Below, piece after piece: positions 53,422 through 64,000 of a stretch of 64,000 bases of DNA (positions are counted from its first letter, which is position 1; each line of letters begins with the position of its first letter). The stretch is from Octopus sinensis (lineage: Eukaryota), in contig NC_043015.1 of the NCBI RefSeq assembly GCF_006345805.1, positions 7,006,001-7,070,000 on the forward strand. The letters run 5' to 3'. A program made the position numbers and the translations under genes. The notes under the pieces are model-generated. The model was given only the letters and a program-made list of their open reading frames with translations. It was not told where the DNA came from and searched no databases.

Positions 53422-53720
53422 TGCCGTGATCACCGTGATCGACAAGGCTATCAGATATTGCTACACATCGCTGGTCACAAAGCGCTACGCATTGTTTTAG
53501 CCTTCAAATGACGCCTCCCCGCTAGCTAAGCGAGCAGGCCTACAGAAGAAAGAGTGAGAGAAAGTTGTGGCGAAAGAGTACAGCATGGATCGTCACCCCC
53601 TCGTGCAGCTTTTTCGGGGTTTTCGCTAAATAAACACTCACAACGCCCGGTCTGGGAATCGAAACCCGATCTTACAGCCGCGAGTCCGCTGCACTAAAAA
53701 CTGGGCCATTGCACTTCCAC
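53422..53720 (-). mobile_element. SINE group C copy with a 12 bp target-site duplication
   Basis: Same head as 35507-36022 with a different 3' end. ctattcaagaat occurs at both 53410-53421 and 53721-53732. Confidence 0.9.
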
Positions 53721-54463
53721 CTATTCAAGAATATATAGGTAAATTCTATAGGTCAGGTAATATGATATTTCTAATATCTGTTTGGATATTATGTATGCAA
53801 TATAGTTAAAAGTAGCTAAAATCCATGATTATAATTCCCGGCATAAGTTCCGAAACAAAAAGATATAATTGAGTGTTAAACTGTTGTGGATAATACTTTC
53901 TTTCTATGATTGAATGGGTATGTATCGACTTGGCACTGTACTTTTCTGCAAGGCGGAATAAACTGAGAGAGCATTATTGGCATAATAATCCATCTGCAAA
54001 ACGCTTATCATCTTTATATTATAAAACAACGGCACACAATCTGGAGAGCTAAGTATGGTCTCTGCAGCTCTTCGTGAATAGGATAGAAGAGAGGAAGATA
54101 AGAAATCAGTGGGGAGAACAGTAAAGTGGGAAAAAGTAAAATAGAGAAAAATCAACAGGAAGAAATGTAGGGTAGATGTGTGTCAAGGAGTGAAGAGAAT
54201 AGAAGAGTGATGAGTCAGTGCACCAATATTTGGTGATGCATAACGGTTATGAGGAGTGGAAAGAGTATACTTAAGTTGCTGGGACATACTATGAGATGAA
54301 TGGGAAGCACATTGGGCTCTCGCGTACGTTTATGTTTAGTCAATAATTGTAAATTGAATTTCTTCGGATGTGTAAGTTAGAAAATGTTGCCGCTCCTGTA
54401 TGTTAAAATTTGCCCGACTGAATCAGCATTCTTTAGCTTTTTAGAGATACACCTGTCATCTAT

Positions 54464-54507
<44 letters not shown>

Positions 54508-56653
54508 TATATATAGTGTGTGTGTGTGTGTATGGCTTTTGTGACTATTCCAGTGTTTGAACGAATAGATGTGCAGCCTACATCGGGAATTCAGTGAGTT
54601 ATTTGTAAAACCTTAATATGTATGTGTGTAAACGAGACATGCTCAATAACACACATACACACACACACGCCCACTCACACACACACATATGAGCATTCCC
54701 ATTTAATCTTACCTCTTAAGAAGACGATTTAATCTAATCTAATCCTCAAAACAATTTCGATTTCTTTCACTGAACAATTTACTTAAACACATTTGCGATA
54801 TTTTCATATCTTTTTTTATTTTAGTTTTTAGATATACGTTATTGCTGCAATGTATGTCACTCCATTCATTTTTTTCTCGATAATACCACTAAAGGAGGGA
54901 AATTATTTTATTAGGATGTTGAAGTGATAAAATTTAGGCAGATTTCTATTAAATATCTAGCAAGAAATTATGTCTGTCAATATATACATACGCATCTGGA
55001 GGTGTATTTATATCTAAGAGCGAAAGACATGTATTGTTTAAAACATTGGCTCAAGCTGCTTCCTCCTTGGCACTCAGACCGTTTTCCGCCCCTAGCACTC
55101 ACCACTACAGACACTGACCACTTTCAGCAGCAATTTCAATGCAACAGTATTTCGCAAATAAACAACATATTTAAGCCATTTTACATGTTGATCTTACATT
55201 CTCGCCTCCAAACCACTTTGGCCCAGCCCGTTATCACCATACTTTTCTTCGACGCCCAAGCCCTGGATCTTTCTACCACCTTCAAGGGGGCACTACCGGC
55301 TGCCTTGGGAACCACTGGTTAATAAGGTCGCTTCTCAACCACGAGGTTCAGTATTTTATTCCATTGCGCAGCAGCTTGGCCACGGGCAATTTTCTATAAT
55401 TTCAGGTCAACCTATGCCGTATGAATGAAAGTATCACATGGAAACTATACAGAAACTCAAAAGAATCTGTAGTTCTAAGGACACAGACTTCCCACCACTC
55501 TGTAAAAGAGATTTTATCTAAGATCTACGCTAATGGTACATTTGTTAATTAATATAAAGTGCGATCACTTTTGCAAATTTGGGGCCAATTTAAACATGAA
55601 GATAACTGCGTCTACTTACACACGAATTTCATAAAAATAGTGTTACTACTTGCCAGAAAGGAAATTCTCCTTTGAATCACTTCTATAAGAAATATAGCAT
55701 TCTGGAGCTGATTTCTAATAAAAGAAAAACACAGTGATCCTTCATAGCAAAAACTCGTTTCGTAAGCATACACGACCTGGTCTGAACTATAGCTTCAATC
55801 AACATGCTTAATAACGTTTCTCATTTCACTGAAGGAAAATGATCCGTCATAGACGCGGTGTCAACCAAAGCCTTTTGAGTGAAACAGGAGACAGCAATGT
55901 ATGAAAGCCTGACATATTAAAGTATGTATATGTATCTATATTTCTACCTTTCTGTCTGTACACACACAAACACACACACACACATATATATATATATTAC
56001 ACACACATATAATATATATATGTTTGTGTATGTGTGTCTGTATTTCTATCTTATAAATTTGAGGTCACTGGCATTTCAACACTAGTATCACAACACCATG
56101 TGACCAATAGAAGGCGAAAACTCCGGTAGACATTTTGAACGTCGCATATGTCAGACAAGCTGACCCGAATGACAAACGTATGAAATTCAAGCTACGCGCG
56201 CGCACACACATACATAGTTCTTGAAAACTGCATTGCTGGTATATTTGAACATCAGCCCAGCGATTCTACGTAAAGTTTTCGTTTCATTAAATTCAAACCA
56301 AAAGGAACGAGAAATTTCTACAGATGCGCTGGTCTTCATTCAACATGTCAGACATTGGTTCCCTAAATAATTGACTGATCAAAGAGGTGCAAATGCTGGC
56401 ACCGCTGCTTTTAATCTGAATTCTTAAATATTTAGCCAACAGAATTTAATTACATGGTAACCTTTAACTTTGATAAGGGAATTCTTGGTAACAAATGCGT
56501 TTTCAGTTGGGAAATCATAAAAATCATAACAATGAACGATTTCTATACTACATAGATAAATCAATTAAAAAGTAGGTCAGCTCGTATTAGTTTTGGTGTC
56601 TTAAATTAAATGCTGACATATTTCTCTTTGACAATGAACTTCTTTAAATGATA

Positions 56654-57589
56654 TATTGAGTTGGCAAGAAAGTAGCTTCATTTTTCGCAAATAGAGTTGC
56701 GACTTTTAAATTACTATTATCAATAAGATTTTTTTTCATTTTGACATTTAATAGCCGTTATATTTTAGCTTACTTTAGAAGCAAATTGCGCGTAATTTTG
56801 TTTACAGCTGTTAGTTCAGTGTCAATTTTAACATGACATGCAAAACGAACATTTTCTCCACATTTTGCTTTTTTATTTCCAAAATGGCAAGAAAGCTGCT
56901 GGGGGTCACAAGGAGATTTGTGAAGTGTATGGTGGTGATCCCTTAAAAGAACGCGCAAGTCAGAAATGGTTTTAAAAGTTCCGTTCTGGAAATTTTTCAT
57001 TCAAAGATGATTAACATTCTTGTCGACCTACAGAAATTGATGATGATCGAATAAAAGCCGTAATTGAATCTGATTGTCATATAAAAATTTGGGGGGATTA
57101 CAAAAGTTTTGTGTATTTTCGCTTCTTCCATGGAACCAAATGATCAATTCAGATGTTTACTGTCAACAGCTAATAAAACTAGAGGAAGCAATCAAAGAAA
57201 AATGGCAAGAATTGGCAAATCGTAAAGGAATCGGGTTCCTCCATGACAACTCTAGACCACACACGTCTTTGCTAACTGGTGAAAAATTGTTGGAGCTTGG
57301 TTGGAAAGTGATGACACATCCACCATATAGCTCTAGCCTTGCACCACCAGATTACAATCTATTTCGAAGTTTGCAAAATTCTTTGAATTTCAATAGTCCC
57401 GATGGCCTGAAATCGCACTTGTTTCAGTTTTTGGCTGATAAGGACCATGAAGTTGCCAGAAAGATGGAAAAAGTTCATGAAACAAAATGGAAAATATATA
57501 GATGATTAAAATTCATTCTCGGTATGAAAAACAAATGATTCTTATTTCACACTAAATAAAACCGAAATTACTTTCTTGCAAACCCAATA
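56654..57589 (+). mobile_element. Internally deleted mariner transposon (936 bp) with TIRs and TA target duplication
   Basis: TIRs tattgagttggcaagaaagtagcttcatttt / aaaccgaaattactttcttgcaaacccaata, with TA on both sides. N-terminal EHFLHILLFYF..EICEVYG..KWF*KFRSGNFS and C-terminal INSDVYCQQL, HDNSRPH and HPPYSSSLAPPDYNLFRSLQN (decayed HDNARPH / YSPDLAPSDY). Confidence 0.92.
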
Positions 57590-58059
57590 TATTGATAAAA
57601 ACGAGTATATTTTTTTTTAAATATGCTAGAGCACTGGTTTAAATTGATGTTAATTAATTGATATTAATTTTTACCCTCATTATTTAATCTAAAATAGCTA
57701 TGTTCTATAACCGGTAAATTAGCTGCGGTTATTTATTATCTGCAGGGTTATTCCGGCCACAACGCGCCAAAATGAAGACACTTGAAAGATAAGCCCAAAT
57801 ATATTTTGCAGAACTGTACATGCATTTTCTTTCGGGCGAACGTTTCTGTGTATAGTTCTGTTAAATAAGTTTTGTAATGCGACAGACTACGCTGAAGAGT
57901 TGCAGATATTTGCGTTTTGCATTTTGCATTGTGCAAGTGTTAACAAAGAAATCATGATACGTAGACAATCGTTTTATTTTGTATATTTTCTTTAGCATAT
58001 TAAGTGGGCCATTCTTCTTATGGATTTTTTAATATATAAACATTTATATATATATATAT

Positions 58060-58105
58060 ATAGCGAGAGAGAGAGAGAAAGACAGACAGAGCGAGTGAGC
58101 GAGTG

Positions 58106-58148
<43 letters not shown>
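58060..58148. repeat. (GA)n microsatellite
   Basis: Direct reading. Confidence 0.95.
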
Positions 58149-58151
<3 letters not shown>

Positions 58152-59535
58152 TCAACGCTGAAAGATTTGTGATATTATTATTGTTAGACTGTTGGAAAAT
58201 ATATTTGCATCGTCTGCACGGGTTTCGTACATTCTGATTTCTCATACCTCTTCCTGTCACACACACAAAAAAGACACCTCTCCAGGATTTATAACGGATG
58301 TATAGATTTAACGACGGAAATAATAAATAGTGTCTAATTAAAAATGTATTAACTTTTGAAATGAAATTACGTGAATATTAACATATAGTGTTTTATGGCC
58401 ATTTTTGTTTAGGCATATCCGTTGTCCTTGTGTTTTCTTAGCAAATCTAAACCAAAGCAGATCTATCAGTTTGATAAACATCTTTAGGTGTCTTTAGGCT
58501 TTGTGTTTTTAAGAGAAAATTTATCCTCTTTTCTACCATCTTTAAAAGGTCGCAAGCCATTTGAAGGCATTTGACTACTATATTTCTTGCTTTCAGCAAG
58601 TACATAGAGCCTCCGCTTTTGGCTGATAAGCATATCCGATTAGTTAAACATTTTCTATGAACTTCATAAACGACGTAATTCTTGATATTGACGATATAAA
58701 ATGCAGAGAGATTATATTATAAAAGCAGTCCAGTCACTAACTTGGTTGCTTAGCAACAACTCAGAAAATATCTTGTTTCATTCGGATGAAACATTAAATT
58801 GTGGTTGTTGTGCTATTTAACACCATATCTTATTTCAAACTATGGCGTCAACAAGGCCGTTATTGAAAACCATTAATGCGAATTTTCTGTATTTCATATC
58901 CAACATTTTCATGATATATAATATGAGAAACCTTTAAAATATTCTTTAGCGGAAAGATAGTGAAACAAAACAATATTATTTAAGCAAGATAAAGATATGT
59001 ATCATATCCATAATCCAATATATTTTGTTGGTTAGTCACAGCTTGGGCGCTGTTTGAGAGAAGCGGGGAAAACACACTCCGTTGATAATACGAAGATTCT
59101 AAGCCAAAACTTCTCAAATTTTCTCCACGTTTTGATGAAATATGCATATGTGTATTTTAAAATGTGAATTAATAAAAATTTCAATATTTCACGAAAGCAG
59201 ATAGACATATAGACAGTTATTTCAATATGCTATTGATGTTGATTTCTTTATAACCATATCAATCATACTTCCAGAGACTAATATATGTGTTCTAAAATTC
59301 TGTGGTGCACATGGGGCAGTCTACAGACATCAACTCTGGTTTGTTTGGTTGAGCTTTTTCTTTTTCTTTATCGTTCGTCAGATAACAAGGTATTGCTATT
59401 CTCTCGTTCAATTTTTTTCCATTCCTTAAAGAAATGGACAGTTCATCGATAATTTTGTAACATTATTTTATTACTACTAACGTAAAAGCTCACTAAATAT
59501 AATTCTATTTCTCGTAATATTAATTGGAATATATA

Positions 59536-59765
59536 CGGCGGTGACCAAGCAGAATCGTTAAAGCGCCGAGGACAATGCTTGGCGGTATTTCGTCTATCTT
59601 TACAATCTCAGTACAAATGCTGCCGGCATCGGCTTTACTCATCCTCTTTTAACAGAGGATAAAATATGTACCAGTCGAACATTAATGGTGGTGTTGAGAT
59701 GTCAATGTTATCTACATAACCTCCCTCCCGAAATTGCTGGCCTTGTGTCTAGTTGCGAAACAAAT
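59536..59765 (+). mobile_element. SINE group A copy
   Basis: ggcggtgaccaagcagaatcgttaaagcgccgaggacaatgcttggcggtatttcgtc...gaaattgctggccttgtg. Confidence 0.75.
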
Positions 59766-61232
59766 ATGTATAGAAAATATACATGTTTCAAAAATTAACT
59801 TTTAAGTATGTTATTAACGAGACTTTGTGAGATTTAAACTTAAAGCATGCAGGGACGTAGCTTTATACCACAGTATATTTTCGACCCCACGATATTGAAT
59901 CAAGCATGTCTTTTTCTAGATTTCCTGCTTTTGAGTGGTATAGTTCACCCGCTGCTCTGTAGTCCTAGATACACTTGACAAAAAACAAAACAGATTAGCT
60001 GGGAGTGGAATGTCTTTAATCATAGCCTGGCCTGATCAGTGATAAACAGATGTTAAAATATAGCAACAATACAGTTTTCAAGAATTATAGGATTCAAAAG
60101 ATAACGGGGTGGTCACGGTGGGAGTACACTCGATCATTGATCTTGAATCGATAATTTATCAAATCGTGGTTAATTATTTATTCCTGTAGAGTTAGTGTGA
60201 ACATTACAATCTGTCATCACATGCATGTAACTCTTCTAGTGCACTTCTAATGCACATATTCATTAAACAGAAAAATAATAGGCGAACATGACTTTCACCA
60301 AAATGCAACAACATTGAAAACAAAGACACCATCTATTGGGATTTCTTAACAAATTATACCAATTGAAGCCGAGTTGTCAGACACATTTTTCGAAATACAG
60401 AAAGAAAAAGAAAATAAAAGACATGTTCATTGATTAGCAATGCTATCAGAAAATATAATTTCATTAAAGAAAAGAATCGCTGAAAAAACACATTTTTCAC
60501 CAGAAATGTAAATTAACAAAATGTGGGCGAAAGCTAAAGAGATACAAGTTACGAGGCACGAAGAAATGAATAATGGCCAGGGAAATAACAGAGAAATAAA
60601 TATAAAAATATATATACTAAAGGGTCTAGATGATGAACTGCATAAAAATAGTCCATTTACTAAGGAGACAAAAGCAACAAAAATAATAATAAATAACTTG
60701 AAAAAAAAACAAAACGAAACTAATTAATCCTTTTTCTAACAATGCTGAAATAGCACTGAAAACGATTGTTAAAAGAACTTTGCTTCATGATATATAGTAG
60801 ACCTTTTGTGGGAGAAATATTCAATTATTTTAAGAGACTTCCTGCCCTTGTTCATATACTTCTTATGCATGCTGATTATCATTGGCAACTTGATATTATT
60901 TCTTGTGATTGAAGTAAGTAAATGAAGGTAACGTCAGACAATTAACATTGTACCATGTCTTAGGGCAATGTGTTTTGTTTTTTTTAGATAATATTGTTTT
61001 GATCAACGCCAATCTGGAGTTCAGTCACAGATTTTTAACTGCCTACTGAGAGAAGAAAAGTTAAACTCACTTGATCTTTCCTAGGGCATCCTCGGTAGTT
61101 GGGAAGGAGGAAATATATTATATTCCTCTGAGAGGAGTCACAGCTCGAATACCTGCAACATTGTAGACTTTGCTAATGGCTTCACTGATCGAAATGATAG
61201 TGTCAAAATTTGGGATTCGCTAAATTTACCGC

Positions 61233-61815
61233 AGCTGTGATTATCTCGTCTTTGCAGATAAATTTATGTCTAGGGCAACAGAATAAAATGTTTTTTTTCA
61301 TTTTTTAAACATTACAGGAATAGATCTAACGGAGATCAGCTTCTCTGTAGCAGTTATAGGAACAATGAAGAACTGTCACACTGGAGTAACTATACTAGAT
61401 GTATGTGGAGGTACGTTCCGATAAAATCACCTATTTTTTGCATCATGGTTTAATCTGATAACATGACAGAAAGAAGTTAGTAAATTAGAAAATATTGTAA
61501 CTAAAAAATTAGAGATACGACCAAATGTACTCTAGCTGTAATTATCTCGTCTGTGTAGTTGAGTATTTCTAGAGCAACATAATTGAATGCATTTGTTTCA
61601 TTTTTTAAACAGTAAGCCAATGATACTAATGGAGATTAGCTTCTGTGTAGCAGTTATAGGAACAATCAAAAACTATCACACAAGAGTGACTAAAGGATAG
61701 AAGATGTATGAGAAGTATTTTTTCCATAAAATTTCCATGTTTTGTATCATGGGTTGATCTGATAACATGACCAAAAGAAAGTAGTGAATTAGTAAATATT
61801 CTAACTAAAAAATTA
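61233..61815. repeat. Diverged ~300-304 bp tandem duplication (two units)
   Basis: Anchor pairs agctgt.attatctcgtct (61233 / 61534), cagttataggaacaat (61351 / 61651), atctgataacatgac (61453 / 61757) and taactaaaaaatta (61498 / 61802). Confidence 0.9.
61318..61410 (+). CDS. Candidate 93 nt internal exon within duplication unit 1
   Basis: T-rich acceptor ttttttttcattttttaaacattacAG and donor gag|GTACGT. Two of three frames are open: IDLTEISFSVAVIGTMKNCHTGVTILDVCG or NRSNGDQLLCSSYRNNEELSHWSNYTRCMW. Confidence 0.25.
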
Positions 61816-61923
61816 TCGCGTATACAAAAATGTGAAGAAATATACGATTTGTCCACTTTTTTTCTTTCTTAATCCTCTAATGTTCGCGTATTTAACATTT
61901 TTCTCTATATCGTAAAATTTCGC

Positions 61924-63881
61924 AATACTGGTATTGGAAATGTATTCCATATCTAAAGTCAATATCTCCAGTTATGTAATCATAAAACACTTACACAAAT
62001 TCAACGCCCATATTATATTTCATTCAGTTTAATTTTATTATTCTAAAATCTTGAAATCAATAATTTTATTTTGCATGAATATGTGTTATAAGTAGGTGCG
62101 AATTTCCAATTATCCAAAACCTCTTGAAAATAACTTTTCTGCACACACAATCTACACATTGGTTGAGTTTGAAGCAGTATAAGTTGTTTCAAACGATGCT
62201 TTATGTATAGAAATTAAATGCATTAAATTATGAAACAATTTTCAATTAAATCATATTTAATAAGCACCTCGTTAACTAAAGATATTGTATCTAAAAGTGA
62301 GGTGTTATTTAATAAAAATCTTACGTAATGTATATTCAAATATGCAGAATGGATTTGGGGTAATAATTAATAAATTAAATATCCACATTAGCTAGATAGC
62401 ACAAAATTATTCGTTTATTGTAAAAGTATTTTTTCCCTAAATAAATGCATAATTATATATGCGTATACATTTCTGTTTAGATTTAAATGCTTTTTAGAAT
62501 TGCCATCGCTTCAACATTTTCACATTTTACTAAAACTTTACTAATAAACCTTGAAAGTAACATCTATAAAATTGTTCGGTTTCCTAAAATAAAACCCCAG
62601 CCAGATCTGGCTAAAATTAAGCTGTACCATCTTAAAATGACTGAGTTGGACAATCATATTAAGACGGTATAAATTAGATGTAGTAGAATGCGATCATCTG
62701 AATTGCAGATATACCAGGACTAGAAAACAGTAACATTAACTCACAAAATTCTAGTATTCATATGGTACCAAACCTAGGTGAATCGTTAAAAATGTTCCAG
62801 CTTATTTTTTATCAAGGCTCTCAAACGTTCCGCAAAATAGGTGAGGATCACCGGTAACCATCGTTTAAAAAGGTTTATTCATATGATAATAACATGCTTT
62901 GTGTTCGGAAAATGACATATATGAATGTACTAAGACGAACCAGCACTGATGATCTGCTCTCAATCAGGTTGCAGCCGAGTATTGCAGTGTGTCAGCTTTA
63001 GAAATCGTGATGCCTTACTGGCTTCGACTTGAATTAAATTGATTGGTCACAGAAACTACATCATCAATTTTATCTCTTCAGCCCTTTAAACGTCTTTGGG
63101 AAATAACAAGCATGTATCTGGATTTACATTTTTGTAGTGAATGCCTTTCGGGCATGCTTTGCAGTAACGTTGAAATGATCGTTGTTACTAAGACATTTCA
63201 TATTTATTTCCAATAGTAAGCAAGCTGAGCGAGCTTATCTGTCACAGCCACCCATCTACCATAGATTCGAGAGTAAAATTTAGTTAATGCAAAATCCATG
63301 CAATGCTGTTGGAATGACATTCTGAATTGAACGTCTATTTGTCGCTCTCAAAAGAAAATCTGCATGTTTCACTCCTACAATTTTATTATTTCTCTTTGTA
63401 GTTCATTGATTACTGTATAAAAAGATGATGTATTTTAAAGGTAAAATGGTACCTGAAAAACTGTAAATATTTTACTAATAAATCTGGTTCAAAGATTTAC
63501 TGCCTATTCATTCCACTTTTCTTTTTGTCGCTCTGTAAATGATTCACCCCTCATAACTAACTGGTTTCATTTCGTTTGTACTCATATTTTTCTTGCAGTT
63601 GTTTGAAAGATGCGTCAAATTTATCGACGTCACTATTCTCTCAAGTAACTGGGATATCCAGTTCTTCCGGACGAAAACTTTAAAACAATTAAATTGAGTT
63701 GATTATCTGAAGAAACCCAATAAAGGTTATGGGATATAAAATTCTTACATCATGGTTCATTTTGAAATACTGGTATTGGAAATTTATTCCATATCTAAAG
63801 TCAATATCTCTAGTTATGTAATCGTAAAAACACACAAATTCAACGCCCATATTATATTTCATTCAGTTTAATTTTATTATT
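61924..63881 (+). repeat. Pair of ~118 bp direct repeats (61924-62042 and 63766-63881)
   Basis: aatactggtattggaaa.tattccatatctaaagtcaatatct...caaattcaacgcccatattatatttcattcagtttaattttattatt occurs twice with a few differences; the flanks are unrelated. Confidence 0.9.
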
Positions 63882-64000
63882 GAATATTGAGAAATAAAAT
63901 CAGCTACTGCTTCTATAAAATGATTTTTGGGCGTAACGTAAGTGTTAAAACATTACACAAAAAATGTGGTGAGAATTTCACAAAATTTATTGAATTTATA

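Noticed and set aside
54924-55322. 132 aa ORF; its right end reads CAGTGGTTCCCAA on the minus strand (hAT-like terminus)
   Set aside because: No protein similarity is recognised, and a matching second TIR with an 8 bp TSD could not be established.
63401-63440. Short segment bounded by a good acceptor and donor
   Set aside because: All three frames contain stops; it could only be non-coding and there is no other support.
58300-63900. Idea of a long decayed intronless receptor gene (LRR-like CSYN motifs at 61.3-61.7 kb, hydrophobic frame at 60.4-60.75 kb) on the minus strand
   Set aside because: Stop density is near what AT-rich random DNA gives, LRR spacing is inconsistent, and the hydrophobicity is explained by a T-rich strand. 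No TIR or 7TM motifs were found.

Overview
AT-rich, repeat-dominated animal DNA. It is most likely from an octopod cephalopod (Octopus); this is inferred from recognisable tRNA-derived SINE families and the very high load of (TA)n/(CA)n microsatellites, not from a database hit. I find no complete protein-coding gene, no rRNA, no intact tRNA gene and no CRISPR array. Most ORFs in the supplied track are microsatellite artefacts (Y/I/C/V/M/H/T repeats). Supported content is decayed mobile DNA: three tRNA-headed SINE groups (about 30 copies or fragments), LINE fragments (RTE RT, an RTE-type C-terminal tail with three C2H2 fingers, CR1 RT and CR1 3' ends), a Penelope-like RT fragment, Tc1/mariner relics (a TIR-bounded deleted mariner, a mariner 5' fragment, three maT/DD37D-like copies) and two short Helitron-like elements with canonical ends. 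Local structures include a ~1.62 kb tandem duplication, a ~300 bp tandem duplication containing an exon-like segment, 118 bp direct repeats 1.84 kb apart and two long fold-back palindromes. One palindrome (28946-29118) carries a degenerate hammerhead-ribozyme-like core. A few isolated candidate exons are low confidence; the best is a signal-peptide-like segment near 39.65-39.9 kb that needs a 1-nt frameshift. I see no convincing evidence for a wholly new biological system; the best leads are listed under findings.
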